From: an uncultured delta proteobacterium
Lineage (GTDB): Bacteria > Desulfobacterota > Binatia > UBA9968
DNA: 64,000 nucleotides
NCBI GenBank assembly: GCA_963727625.1
Contig: CAVSHR010000004.1
Location: forward strand, 960,001-1,024,000
Direction of reading: 5' to 3'
In this document: positions 1 through 9,608 of the stretch, one piece after another
Numbering within the stretch: position 1 is the stretch's first letter
How the letters are laid out: each line of letters starts with the position of its first letter
Position numbers and translations under genes: made by a program
Notes under the pieces: generated by a model
Seen by the model: the letters and a program-made list of their open reading frames with translations, nothing else
What the model was told of the DNA's origin: nothing
Databases searched by the model: none

Positions 1-96
1 CTGTGCCGCTGCGGAACGTACAAAGAAGTGCTGGCCGCGGTGGCGGAACTCACGCGGACAAGCGAGGGGAAGTTGCGCCATGAGACGGATAGCTAA
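1..96 (+). CDS. 3' end (partial) of (2Fe-2S)-binding subunit, CoxS/xanthine dehydrogenase small-subunit family
   Basis: Frame 1 reads LCRCGTYKEVLAAVAELTRTSEGKLRHETDS*. The CRCG.Y motif matches the C-terminal cluster motif also seen in 35754..36245 (NICRCGAY). Confidence 0.8.
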   Translation: MCRCGTYKEVLAAVAELTRTSEGKLRHETDS

Positions 97-185
97 AATT
101 GTACGACGTCGAAAGCCTTGCGAAGAATCGGGTTGGTCAATACACTGTATGTAGTCCGGTTCGATAATAGCTCTCCCAGCATACC

Positions 186-380
186 ATGAAGGTTCGCGAT
201 TTTATCGCACTCATCGAAGCGGACGGTTGGCGTCAACTTCGCGTGAGAGGCAGTCATCGACAGTTTCATCATCCAATCAAAAAAGGCACGGTCACTGTTT
301 CCGGAAAACCAAACATAGATATTCCGCGCGGAACATTAAATAGCGCCCTCAAACAAGCCGGCCTAAAGGAAAAGGAGTAA
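186..380 (+). CDS. hicA: Type II toxin HicA (mRNA interferase)
   Basis: 64 aa with GW...RGSHRQF.HP...G.VTV and GTL.S.LKQAGL, the HicA signature. Confidence 0.92.
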   Translation: MKVRDFIALIEADGWRQLRVRGSHRQFHHPIKKGTVTVSGKPNIDIPRGTLNSALKQAGLKEKE

Positions 381-385
381 GTGTC

Positions 386-601
386 ATGAAATATCTGGTA
401 GTCATTGAACAAGGTGCCAGTTCGTTCGGCGCCCACGTTCCCGACCTTCCGGGTTGCATAGCGGTCGGCGAAACAAGAGAAGAAGCGCTCAAGCTCATTC
501 GCGAATCCATCGAGTTTCATCTTGAAGGCCTGAAACAAGATGGCGTATCCATCCCCCCTCCGGCATCTACGAGCGAGGTTGTCGAGGTCGAAGCGGCATA
601 G
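386..601 (+). CDS. hicB: Type II antitoxin HicB (short form, no DNA-binding domain)
   Basis: 71 aa with VPDLPGCIAVGETREEA motif, 5 bp downstream of hicA. Confidence 0.92.
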   Translation: MKYLVVIEQGASSFGAHVPDLPGCIAVGETREEALKLIRESIEFHLEGLKQDGVSIPPPASTSEVVEVEAA

Positions 602-734
602 TTTTGCACGCGGTGTGCAGTCGCCGAGAAAGACATGCCATTGGCGGGAGCATTTAATTCGCTTACCTCGCATCGGCATTCGATCTCGCAAGCTTCCAAA
701 TAAGCGCCTTCCCTTTCAATATAGTGTCCGGTAA

Positions 735-797
735 CTATGCCGCTGCGGAACGTACAAGGAAGTGCTGGCCGCGGCGGCGGAAGCGGCAAATAAGTAA
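735..797 (+). pseudogene. Duplicated 3' end of (2Fe-2S) subunit gene
   Basis: Reads LCRCGTYKEVLAAAAEAANK*. It is preceded by an out-of-frame tccggtaac (SGN) and has no 5' part. Confidence 0.7.
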
Positions 798-1290
798 TTT
801 ACGATCCAAACCGGACAGATTTTCAATTTCAACGGCAGGGGAATTTTGCGCATGGCACTAAAGGATTCAATCTCATTCGGCTTTGCGCTGCCGCATCGCT
901 CTCCGAACCCGATCGATGTCGCTGCGGTGCGACAAGTCGCCCAGCGCGCCGAGCAGGTTGGGTTTCGCGATCTCTGGGTGACCGAGAACACGCTTGACCA
1001 CGTCTTTTGCCTCGACTCGGTGGCAGCGCTGACCTACGCGGCAGCCGTAAAGACACGAATCCGACTGGGGGTTTCCGTGATGGTGCTGCCACTACACCAC
1101 CCCGTCCATGTCGCACACCAGATGGCGACCCTGGACTATCTCGGCAATCGCCGCGCGATCCTGGGGTGCAGGTTTGGGGGCGGGACAGCCACTACGCGGA
1201 GTTTCAGACCCCTCGTGAACGGCGCGTGCTGCGATTCCGAGAATGCGTTGACGTGATCAAGGCGCTATGGACCGAGTCCGAGGTCAACTA

Positions 1291-2412
1291 TCAATCGTTG
1301 CAAAAGTAATGGCTATTTGTAGGTAACTGGTGTAGAGTCTACTTATGCCAAGGAAAGCAAAGAAGAAGCCGGTAAGCGTTAGAGCGCAAGTCCGTTATGA
1401 GAAGCGGCGCATGGCAGTTGAAGCCCTGAGCAAAGGAGAGCTAGCTTCAGATGTGGCTCGAGTGATGAAGATTCCGCGAAGAACGCTATTCACTTGGATA
1501 GCTCGCTACCGGCATGGAGGCGAGCATGCCTTGCAAGACCGCCAGAAGAGCGGGCGACCTCGAAAGGCCGAGGCGAAAGTTCTGCAATGGCTTTACGACG
1601 CGATTACACTGGGCGACCCGCGGCAATACCAATTGCCATATTGCCTGTGGACGCTGGCGATCGTGCGGCGATTGTTGAAGAAGGAGCATGGCGTGGAAAT
1701 GAGCAAGAGTGGAGTGAGCCGCATGCTCAAGCATTTGGGGCTGAGCCCACAGCGGCCAATTTACAGGAGCTACAAGCGCGATCCCGAGGAGATGAAGAAG
1801 TATCTGGATAAGACGTTTCCCGGCTTGCGGGCCAAAGCAGGTCGAATGGGGGCCGCGATCTACTTTGTGGATGAGGCGTCGGTCCGGTCGGACGCTCATC
1901 GCGGAACGACCTGGGGCAAGATCGGGCAGACCCCGGAGGCTGACGACAGTGGCGACCGCTTCAGCATCCGGCTCATCAGCGCAGTCAGCCCGCGTGGGGA
2001 CATGAAATTCAGCAGCTTCACAGGCAGAATGAACGGCATCCGTTTTGTGAACTTTCTCAAGAAGCTCCATGCCGATGTCGGCCGCCCCATCATCGTCATC
2101 GCGGACAACGCCAGCTACCACACTGGCGGGGTTGTCCAGCGCTACGTGAAGCAGACTCGCGGACAGGTCACTGTGGGAAGCCTGCCCAGATACTCGCCAG
2201 AGCTCAATCCGGACGAACAAGTGTGGAATCATGCGAAGGCAAGACTCGCCAAGCTATTCGTGGCGACTAAGGATGAGTTCAAAGCGGCTCTATCCTCGAT
2301 TCTGCTCTCGATTCAAAGGTCGACTGATCTTGTCCTCTCCTTCTTTCAGCTTCCTGACACCCAGTATGCTGCCAAAGCTGTCTTCTAGTGCATATACTTA
2401 TGCAATGATTGA
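1291..2412 (+). mobile_element. IS630-family insertion sequence
   Basis: Terminal inverted repeats tcaatcgttgcaaaagta / tacttatgcaatgattga. TA duplication at 1289-1290 and 2413-2414. Confidence 0.93.
1345..2388 (+). CDS. IS630 DDE transposase (intact)
   Basis: N-terminal HTH, then FVDEA, IADNASYH and LPRYSPELNPDEQVW motifs. Confidence 0.95.
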   Translation: MPRKAKKKPVSVRAQVRYEKRRMAVEALSKGELASDVARVMKIPRRTLFTWIARYRHGGEHALQDRQKSGRPRKAEAKVLQWLYDAITLGDPRQYQLPYCLWTLAIVRRLLKKEHGVEMSKSGVSRMLKHLGLSPQRPIYRSYKRDPEEMKKYLDKTFPGLRAKAGRMGAAIYFVDEASVRSDAHRGTTWGKIGQTPEADDSGDRFSIRLISAVSPRGDMKFSSFTGRMNGIRFVNFLKKLHADVGRPIIVIADNASYHTGGVVQRYVKQTRGQVTVGSLPRYSPELNPDEQVWNHAKARLAKLFVATKDEFKAALSSILLSIQRSTDLVLSFFQLPDTQYAAKAVF

Positions 2413-3143
2413 TATAACGGCAGCATCTTTCAGCTCCACGGTGCCGCCATGACGCTGAAACCAGCGCAGCGGCCGCGCCCGCCGATCTGGCTCGGCGGCA
2501 ATCATCCGCATGCAATCCGCCGGGCCGCAACCATTGCCGACGGTTGGATGGGCTCAGGTGCTTCGAGCATAGAGGCCTTTGCCCGCAGCGTGGCGACCCT
2601 CAAAACCAAATTGGATAGCGCCGTCCGCGACCCGGCGACATTCCCGATTTCGAAGCGCGTGTTTCTCTCGGTCCACGAGCACTCGGAAGTAGCGCGCGCC
2701 GAGCTTTACCGTTGGTTCACCACCGTTTATCAGAGAACCGAGGGAACCGATGCGTTGGGGCCTCACGGCACACCCGAGCAACTGCGCGCGGGGATCGAAG
2801 AAATGATCGCCATGGGTGCGAACCACTTGCTCCTCAATCCTGTGTGCCGCATGCCGAACAGTTAGAGGTTCTCGCCGAAGTCATAGGACTGCGCTACCCG
2901 CAGAGAGTGAAAAAGCAGTGCCGGCCAAGGCCGAATGATTTAATTCAGATCATTGTGCCCCGGCGGGTATATTGGGAATATAACAAATCCGTATGCCAAC
3001 TCTCGATTTTGCTTTAGCATTTCTTGTAATACTGCTAAAATTTTTGAATATCTCGGACATAAAGTTGCGACACGTGAGCCGTAATATACAGATCAGTATA
3101 TTCACTAGGCAGTCGACATTATCAGAGAATGTGAGGCGCAGAT

Positions 3144-3875
3144 ATGCTCGGGAGCAGCGGCATTGATTCGCGGAAGGTGTTTGTGGTCCACGGGCGCGAC
3201 CAACGACTGAGGGCAGATCTGTTCGCCTTCCTTAGGGCCATCGGGCTGGCACCGATCGAATGGTCAGAAGCCGTGAAAATGACTGGCAAGGGCTCTCCCT
3301 TCATCGGCGAAATCCTCGACGTCGCGTTCGCCGCGGCACAGGCGGTCGTTGTGCTGCTGACACCGGATGATGAAGTACGACTCTCGCCAGAGCTCACATC
3401 TCCCCACGACCCGCCCGACGAGAGAGAGTTTCGGCTTCAGGCAAGACCAAACGTTTTGTTTGAGGCGGGTACGGCTTTTGGTCGGTCCCCCGACCGCACT
3501 GTGATTATTGAAGTGGGGAGGATAAAGCACTTTAGCGATGTAGCGGGTCGCCACGGCGTTCGGCTAACGAATGATGCTGCGAGTCGCAACGAAGTCGTAG
3601 TTCGCCTGAGAACTGCCGGCTGCCCAGTTTCGACGGACGGCACGGACTGGCTGCGGCAAGGCGATTTTGTTGTCAACCGCGTTGTGTCGAATACTGCTTC
3701 GGCCAAAGTTCCAGCCGAAGGGTCAAGTCCAAATGCATTCCAGCCACCGTTCTGTCCGAGGTGCTCGACAACTACCACGAAAAGGTATCTGACGAGACTC
3801 TCCAACGCGGGTCAAAAACTATACGATGCAACGCACGAATGTGATTTGTGCCTCTATCGCGAGAAATTCTCGTAA
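3144..3875 (+). CDS. TIR-like nucleotide-binding domain protein (Cap12/Pycsar-effector-type TIR) with C-terminal Zn ribbon
   Basis: KVFVVHGRD, AVVVLLTPDD and QARPNVLFEAG motifs; C-terminal CPRC...HECDLC. Confidence 0.85.
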   Translation: MLGSSGIDSRKVFVVHGRDQRLRADLFAFLRAIGLAPIEWSEAVKMTGKGSPFIGEILDVAFAAAQAVVVLLTPDDEVRLSPELTSPHDPPDEREFRLQARPNVLFEAGTAFGRSPDRTVIIEVGRIKHFSDVAGRHGVRLTNDAASRNEVVVRLRTAGCPVSTDGTDWLRQGDFVVNRVVSNTASAKVPAEGSSPNAFQPPFCPRCSTTTTKRYLTRLSNAGQKLYDATHECDLCLYREKFS

Positions 3876-3885
3876 CTGGCGTGTT

Positions 3886-3916
3886 GTCCAACAAGGGCTT
3901 GCACCTGGCGTTAGGT
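3886..3916 (+). other. Degenerate (centrally deleted) attC-like site
   Basis: GTCCAAC (RYYYAAC) aagggcttgcacctggc GTTAGGT (GTTRRRY), 10 bp after the TIR stop codon. Confidence 0.55.
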
Positions 3917-4197
3917 GAATGCCATGCAGATGCGAATCGCTACTGTTGACCTTTGAGCAAAACAACTGTTTCCCCGTGCTCGCTACAGAGAGTTGGGTTT
4001 TTACAAAGGCCAGGGCCGCTCTTTCACCCCATCCTGCAAAACACTGCTGATGAAACCTTGCTGTCTGATCGATGGAGATCGGCGCAAACTAGCCCGAAGG
4101 CGGTGGAATACAAGGGGCTGCACCGGTTCGCTGGCGCGGCGACATGGCGGTACTATATACTATTGCCACCCGTCACCGACCAACGGAGGAATTTGGC

Positions 4198-4812
4198 ATG
4201 GATACGACACACCGCAACGATGCCTACACCGTTACTTCGCTTGACGATCTCGCGAAGATTTATGCTAAGCCGACGCCCAACGTCGCCTCCAAAGAAACCG
4301 ACCACATCACCGAGGTCGGGCGCGCCTTCATCGCGGCATCGCCGTTTCTGGTGCTCGCCGCCTCCAACGGGACCAGCATCGACTGTTCGCCCAAGGGTGA
4401 CGCGCCGGGCTTCGTGCAGCTGCTCGACGACCGCACACTGCTGATCCCGGACCGGCCGGGCAACAACCGCATCGACGGGATGAGGAACCTGCTCGTCAAC
4501 CCGAAGGTCGGTCTCATTTTCATGGTCCCGGGATCGAACGAAACCTATCGCGTGACCGGCAGTGCGACAATCAGCACAGACCCGGAGTTGCTGAAACGAT
4601 TCGAGGTGCGCGGCAAGGCGCCGCGCGTGGTCATGGTCGTCGCGGTCCAAGAAGCCTTCAATCACTGTCCCAAAGCCTTCGTGCGGGCGAAGCTGTGGGA
4701 CGCGACGGCGCGGCCGAACAGGGCGCCGAGCCACGGCGACTTCGCCGCCGCCCGCGACGGCAAGGATGCTGCCTACGCCAGGGATTATAACGAGAATATG
4801 CCGAGCGCCTGA
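4198..4812 (+). CDS. Pyridoxamine 5'-phosphate oxidase-like FMN-binding protein (MSMEG_1061 family)
   Basis: DCSPKGDAPGFV, IPDRPGNNR.D and HCPKAF.R..LW motifs; RBS ggagga before ATG 4198. The C-terminus may be clipped by a frameshift. Confidence 0.85.
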   Translation: MDTTHRNDAYTVTSLDDLAKIYAKPTPNVASKETDHITEVGRAFIAASPFLVLAASNGTSIDCSPKGDAPGFVQLLDDRTLLIPDRPGNNRIDGMRNLLVNPKVGLIFMVPGSNETYRVTGSATISTDPELLKRFEVRGKAPRVVMVVAVQEAFNHCPKAFVRAKLWDATARPNRAPSHGDFAAARDGKDAAYARDYNENMPSA

Positions 4813-4837
4813 GACCGAGCTTTACTGATCAGGCCGC

Positions 4838-4900
4838 GAAACGAGATGCAGCGACCAGAAATCCACGCCGCTGTGCGTAACTGCTCGGACCCTATTAGCG
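4838..4900 (+). other. Possible highly degenerate attC remnant
   Basis: aacgagatgcagcgacc...gccgctg resembles the L''/L' arms of attC; the R' box is not intact. Confidence 0.3.
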
Positions 4901-4934
4901 CTCTCGGCTCACGTGAAGTATTAGGAATGAATCT

Positions 4935-5468
4935 ATGCCTCGGATCATGTTGCTTGCCCTACTCCTGGCAATTGCCGCTCCTTCCTCAGTTCCATCCGCA
5001 CAAGTCTCTGCTCAGCTCGACACAACGGGATGGAAGTCTTACAGAAACGAACGGATGGGATTTGAAGCCAAGTATCCCGACAACTGGCACGTCCGCTCTG
5101 TAACCGTAAACAGACCGGGAATCGAAAGCGCGATGGTCGATGAGACTCCCCGTGTCGGAAAGCCGCATTTGGCTGTGCAGTTCTGGGTTCAACGACGTGC
5201 CAATCCCGATGGTTTACCGATCGAGCAGTGGTATACGGCTCAACTTCGGGCGATGAAAGCGTCGCCGCCTCCGACATTGATCACTGCAATTGGCGGCCGC
5301 ACCACAGTCCGCATGGAGGCCAACGGGACTTTGGGCAGAACGTTTCAGTTCTTCACCTCACTCAATAGGACCGATATATTTGAGATCACGATGATTCAAC
5401 CGTCGTCAGAGACCGAGCTTGATCCGACGTATCAGAAGCTTCTTTCCACGGTCCGGCTCATAGATTGA
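4935..5468 (+). CDS. Secreted PsbP/DcrB-like domain protein
   Basis: Signal peptide, then TTGWKSYRN..MGF...YPDNW and C-terminal YQKLLSTVR, typical of the PsbP-like fold. Confidence 0.65.
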   Translation: MPRIMLLALLLAIAAPSSVPSAQVSAQLDTTGWKSYRNERMGFEAKYPDNWHVRSVTVNRPGIESAMVDETPRVGKPHLAVQFWVQRRANPDGLPIEQWYTAQLRAMKASPPPTLITAIGGRTTVRMEANGTLGRTFQFFTSLNRTDIFEITMIQPSSETELDPTYQKLLSTVRLID

Positions 5469-5510
5469 GTGTAAGTCGCGGAACCACACCAAGCGATGCG
5501 CAACCAGGCG

Positions 5511-7552
5511 CTAGCCCAACTTTCTCAACTCGGATCGGAATGAAGTTTTTTAGCGGGTATGAAGGCGAAAAAGCTTCGTGATTTCAAGGGGTGAGAGTTT
5601 CAAAGCGGCTGTAGTGTAGACCAAGTATCTTTTCAAGGGAAAGTTTTTGCGTACAATCAGACACCAAGATGTATTTACGCTGCAATCGGAGATTGAAGGA
5701 CGGCAAAGAGCATTGCTATTGGAACATCGTCGAGAGTAAACGCTGCGCTGGGGGCAAGGTGGTGCAGCGCCAAGTGTTGTATCTGGGCGAGCTCAACGAC
5801 AGCCAGCACCAATCGTGGTACCGGGTGATTGAAGCCTTCGATGAGCAAAGCCAACAGCGCACGCAGCTGGCGTTATTCCCGGCGGAAAAGGAGTTGCCCG
5901 CGCACGCCGAGGGTTACGCAGTGCAGGTGCGTCTTGAGGCGATGGAGCTTAATCGGCCGCGCCAGTTTGGCGCGTGCTGGTTGGCTTGTCATCTCTACGA
6001 GCAGTTGGGCCTGGAGCAGTTCTGGAAGGATCGTTTGCCCGATAGTCGTGAGGGCACTTGTTGGCAGCATGTTGTTCAGACGTTGGTGTGTTACGGGCTG
6101 ATTGATCCGGGCAGCGAGTGGCGATTGCACCGGCTGTGGTATGAGCAGAGCGCGATGGGCGATCTGTTGGGCGAGGACTTTGCGCTGGTGGAGAAAAATG
6201 CCCTATATCGCTGTCTGGACAAAGTGATCGAGCATAAGCAAGCCCTGTTTAGTCATCTCACCGAGCGCTGGCAGGATCTGTTTGGCGCCAAGTTCGATGT
6301 GCTGCTCTACGATCTGACCAGCACCTATTTTGAGTCCAGCCGACCCGATGACGAGAACGACAAGCGGCGCTACGGCTACAGCCGCGACAAGCGTTCGGAC
6401 TGCGTCCAAGTGGTCATCGCATTGGTGGTGACACCGGACGGTTTTCCGTTGGCCTACGAAGTGCTGGCGGGCAACACCTCGGAGCGGACCACGCTTAAGG
6501 ATTTTTTAACCAAGATTGAAACTCAGTACGGCAAAGCCCAACGCATCTGGGTGATGGATCGCGGTGTTCCCACCGAGAAAATCCTCACCGAGATGCGCCA
6601 GAGCGATCCGCCGGTGTATTATCTGGTGGGCACGCCCAAAGCGAGACTGAGTAAATTGGAACAAGAGCTAGTTGCGCTGCCCTGGCAAGCGGTGCGGTGC
6701 GGTGTCGAAGTGAAACTGTTAGCCCAGGAGCAAGAACTCTACGTGTTGGCCAAGAGTATCGATCGAGTCAACAAAGAACGCTCGATGCGCCAAAGGCAGC
6801 TCAGAGCGCTGTTCAAGCGGCTCAAAGAACTGCATGGGATGAAATTTAACAAAAGCCAAGCCTTGCTGCTCAAACTGGGAGCGGCCAAGGGAAAATATCG
6901 GGCGGCCTGGCGGCTGATTGACATCGTCCTACCTGAAGCCAAAAAACGCGCGGGCAAAATCGCTTTCTCGTTCCGGCTCAATCGGCAAAAGCTGAGAGAA
7001 GTACGCCGGCGCGAGGGCCGCTATCTATTACGGACCAATCTGACGGGCCGAGAGCCGGCGCAACTCTGGCAGTTCTACATCCAACTGGTCGAGATCGAAG
7101 CGACCTTCAAAAACTTAAAAGACGATCTGCAATTGCGGCCGATTTACCACCAGCTTCAACACCGCATCGAAGCGCATATCTTTGTCGCCTTTATGGCCTA
7201 CTGCCTCAACGTTACGCTCAAGGCGCGCCTGCGGCCTGTGGCCGCTGGGCTGACCCCGCGCGCGGTGCTCGATAAGTTTGCCACCATGCAAATGTTGGAC
7301 GTGAAGTTTCCCACCACTGACGGGCGCATGTTGATCCTTAGCCGTTACACTGAGCCTGACACCGATCACAAACTTTTCTTAGAACAGCTCAAGCTCAGGT
7401 TACCGCCCCAGCCGCCACCACGAATCACCGCCCGTGGCCAACGCGTACACTGACGACAGCAAGCCCGATGTAGTGGAGACCTTTTGACTGTGCAGGTTGA
7501 TTTTGTTGGCTTTTTAGATCGACTACCCTTCCAGTTGGGAAGGTTGGGCTAG
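5511..7552 (+). mobile_element. IS1634-family insertion sequence
   Basis: Ends ctagcccaactttctcaact / agttgggaaggttgggctag (18/20 inverted match). CTAG at both ends is the probable target duplication. Confidence 0.9.
5669..7453 (+). CDS. IS1634-family DDE transposase (intact)
   Basis: LYDLTSTYFE, YGYSRDKRSD, VMDRG and IEATFKNLK..L.LRPIYH motifs. Confidence 0.93.
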   Translation: MYLRCNRRLKDGKEHCYWNIVESKRCAGGKVVQRQVLYLGELNDSQHQSWYRVIEAFDEQSQQRTQLALFPAEKELPAHAEGYAVQVRLEAMELNRPRQFGACWLACHLYEQLGLEQFWKDRLPDSREGTCWQHVVQTLVCYGLIDPGSEWRLHRLWYEQSAMGDLLGEDFALVEKNALYRCLDKVIEHKQALFSHLTERWQDLFGAKFDVLLYDLTSTYFESSRPDDENDKRRYGYSRDKRSDCVQVVIALVVTPDGFPLAYEVLAGNTSERTTLKDFLTKIETQYGKAQRIWVMDRGVPTEKILTEMRQSDPPVYYLVGTPKARLSKLEQELVALPWQAVRCGVEVKLLAQEQELYVLAKSIDRVNKERSMRQRQLRALFKRLKELHGMKFNKSQALLLKLGAAKGKYRAAWRLIDIVLPEAKKRAGKIAFSFRLNRQKLREVRRREGRYLLRTNLTGREPAQLWQFYIQLVEIEATFKNLKDDLQLRPIYHQLQHRIEAHIFVAFMAYCLNVTLKARLRPVAAGLTPRAVLDKFATMQMLDVKFPTTDGRMLILSRYTEPDTDHKLFLEQLKLRLPPQPPPRITARGQRVH

Positions 7553-7620
7553 CCAACGCCAATCAGTGCGGCTGAGCGTGACCCCTTGCGCAATGGATGG
7601 CTCTGCACGCCAAGGATGCA

Positions 7621-8391
7621 ATGAAAATAACGCATGCGCCCAGAGCCGAGCGGCCTTCCCTGGAGGGCTTGGTCGAAACCGGCTGGCTCAACCTGGAAAG
7701 CCTTCACCCCGGCGGCTTGGAGTTAACGCGAGAGCTTGCCGAGCTGTGCAGCATCAAAGAAAGTGCTCTAGTGCTGGATGTTGCTTCCGGGACGGGCGAG
7801 ACGGCTTGCTTCCTCACCGAGCGATTAGCTGCCCGTGTCCATGGAATTGATCGCTCCGCCGAGATGATTCGCCGAGCAACGGCGAAGGCGCGGGCAAAAG
7901 GGCTGAAGGTGGCGTTCACGAAGGCCGATGCCGCCAAGCTGCCGTTCGAAGATGCCGAGTTCGACACCGTTATCTGCGAATGCACGCTGTGTTTCTTGGA
8001 CAAAGAGCGCGTGCTCGCTGAGATGGTGCGGGTAGTTCGTCCCGGGGGATGCGTTGGCATACACGATCTGTGCTGGAAAGAGGACACGCCCGAGAGTGTA
8101 AAACGCACCCTCGCAGTGCTGGAACGGGAGAGCCCGGAAACCCTTGAACGGTGGCGGCGGCTGTTTGATCATGCCGGTTTGGTTCGGATCAAGGCCGTTG
8201 ACAAATCCGAACTCATGGCCCGCTGGATGCAGGAATCGAGGAAACAGCTCGGACTGACCGGGCAGCTATCGCTCGCCCTCAAGATCATCCGGCGTTGGGG
8301 AATCCGCGGTGCATGGCAAGTTTTTCAATCCGTGCGGCTGTTTTTGAGCGAGTTCCTCGGCTATGGTATCGTCGTCGGGACCAAGCCTTGA
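7621..8391 (+). CDS. Class I SAM-dependent methyltransferase
   Basis: LHPGGLELT, VLDVASGTG and LPF.DAEFD motifs; alternative start 7597. Confidence 0.88.
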   Translation: MKITHAPRAERPSLEGLVETGWLNLESLHPGGLELTRELAELCSIKESALVLDVASGTGETACFLTERLAARVHGIDRSAEMIRRATAKARAKGLKVAFTKADAAKLPFEDAEFDTVICECTLCFLDKERVLAEMVRVVRPGGCVGIHDLCWKEDTPESVKRTLAVLERESPETLERWRRLFDHAGLVRIKAVDKSELMARWMQESRKQLGLTGQLSLALKIIRRWGIRGAWQVFQSVRLFLSEFLGYGIVVGTKP

Positions 8392-8473
8392 AGTTCTGGT
8401 TCAGGTGTTCCCTCGCCGTAGCCGAAAGAGTTCCGATTTTCAAAAGCGATCTATGTTTACGGAGGCAAACCGT

Positions 8474-8914
8474 ATGGGTACGATAAGTGAAGTATGGCCG
8501 AATGGCATTCCATCGATTGGTCAAACGGCACAGCGATCAAGACTCGTCACGGCTCGCGACATCGAATTATTCACAGAGATGAGTGGCGACCGAAATCCCC
8601 TGCATTATGATGAAGCCGCGGCCCGAAAAACCCGCTTTGGAGGCATCGTAGTGCAGGGCGGCATTACCAGCGCCATTCTCAATGCGGTGGTCGCGGAAGA
8701 CCTTCCCGGTCCCGGCACGGTCTTTCTGCAGGTCAACTGGTCCTTCAAAGCCCCGGTTCGGCCTGGCGACACCATCACCGGCGACGTCAAGGTCGCCAAC
8801 GTTCGTGAGGACAAACCGATCACGGAGCTAGAGACGCGGGTTATTCTTGCCAATGGCTCCGTCGTCCTCGACGGCACCGCCGTCTGCTACACGATGCCAC
8901 TTTTACACAAATAG
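8474..8914 (+). CDS. MaoC-family dehydratase (hot-dog fold)
   Basis: SGDRNPLHYD and LPGPG...F.APVRPGD motifs; RBS ggagg. Confidence 0.9.
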   Translation: MGTISEVWPNGIPSIGQTAQRSRLVTARDIELFTEMSGDRNPLHYDEAAARKTRFGGIVVQGGITSAILNAVVAEDLPGPGTVFLQVNWSFKAPVRPGDTITGDVKVANVREDKPITELETRVILANGSVVLDGTAVCYTMPLLHK

Positions 8915-9102
8915 TCCTTTTAATAAACTTGCGTTATCGCCGAGGAAATCTGATGATTCACGATCCGACCAACGTTAGCGATATTCAGCTTATTCTAAGT
9001 AGCGCCGCGCTTTGACGCTGTGAGCATTGTTGCTGTGACGACAGAAACGGCAAAAAGAACAGTTCCGAAGCTTCGCTCGTGAGAAGGACCATCGGAGATC
9101 GT

Positions 9103-9584
9103 ATGAAAGTGGAGGCACGACTGAAAAAACTCGACCATGTTCTACCCAAACCGTTAGCGCCACCGCCTGGGGTGGAAATTTCGTTCGCTTGGGGGCGCCG
9201 GTTCGAGAATCGCATTTATATCTCAGGGCACGGACCTCAGAATGCCGACGGATCGCTAGCCGGTCCCTTCGGCAAGGTCGGCGCTGCCATCTCTCCCGAG
9301 CAGGCGGCGATCGCCGCGAGGCTCGCCACGCGCTGTCCATGCTTGGCACGTTGAAACGGCTGATTGAAGACCTGGACCGCGTGACGGCATGGTTGACTGT
9401 CTCCGGGATGATCAATGTCGCTCCCGGATTTACCAACACGACAAACGTGATGACTCCCTGTTCGGAACTAAATCTGGAAATCTTCGGCCCGGAAATCGGA
9501 CAACACGCCCGCACCGCCATCGGCATGGCCCAAATGCCGCTCGATCTGCCCGTCGTAATCGCCGCGGAAGTGGCGGTGCGCTAA
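9103..9584 (+). pseudogene. RidA/YjgF family protein, frameshifted near 9330
   Basis: N-half IYISGHGP..GKVG in one frame; C-half GQHARTAIGMAQMPLDLPV in another. Confidence 0.8.
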
Positions 9585-9608
9585 ATCTAGTTTTTAGTTG
9601 GAGGCTTT

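Larger units (their letters stand above)
1..782 (+). repeat. 48-bp direct repeat pair (1..48 and 735..782) flanking hicAB
   Basis: ctgtgccgctgcggaacgtacaaagaagtgctggccgcggtggcggaa vs ctatgccgctgcggaacgtacaaggaagtgctggccgcggcggcggaa, 3 mismatches. Confidence 0.9.
852..2900 (+). pseudogene. LLM-class flavin/F420-dependent oxidoreductase, interrupted by IS630 and frameshifted
   Basis: N-part 852..1290 (TRIRLGVSVMVLPLHHP) with a frameshift near 1170. C-part after 2414 (KPAQRPRPPIWLGG, ADGW). Removing the IS restores ...EVNYNGSIFQLHGAAMTLKP. A further frameshift lies near 2850; the end is approximate. Confidence 0.85.
5498..7591 (+). other. attC-like site split by IS1634
   Basis: Without the IS the site reads GCGCAAC caggcgctagcc aacgccaatcagtgc ggctgagcg tgaccc CTTGCGC. 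Outer boxes are complementary except the R' G, and inner arms cgct-agcc / ggctgagcg pair with an extra base. Confidence 0.55.

Noticed and set aside
8915-9100. attC site after the MaoC gene
   Set aside because: GTT-containing boxes are present but there is no complementary RYYYAAC arm structure.
9103-9584. Programmed frameshift in the RidA or LLM genes
   Set aside because: No slippery site with a stimulatory structure was seen; decay or sequencing error is simpler in this accessory region.
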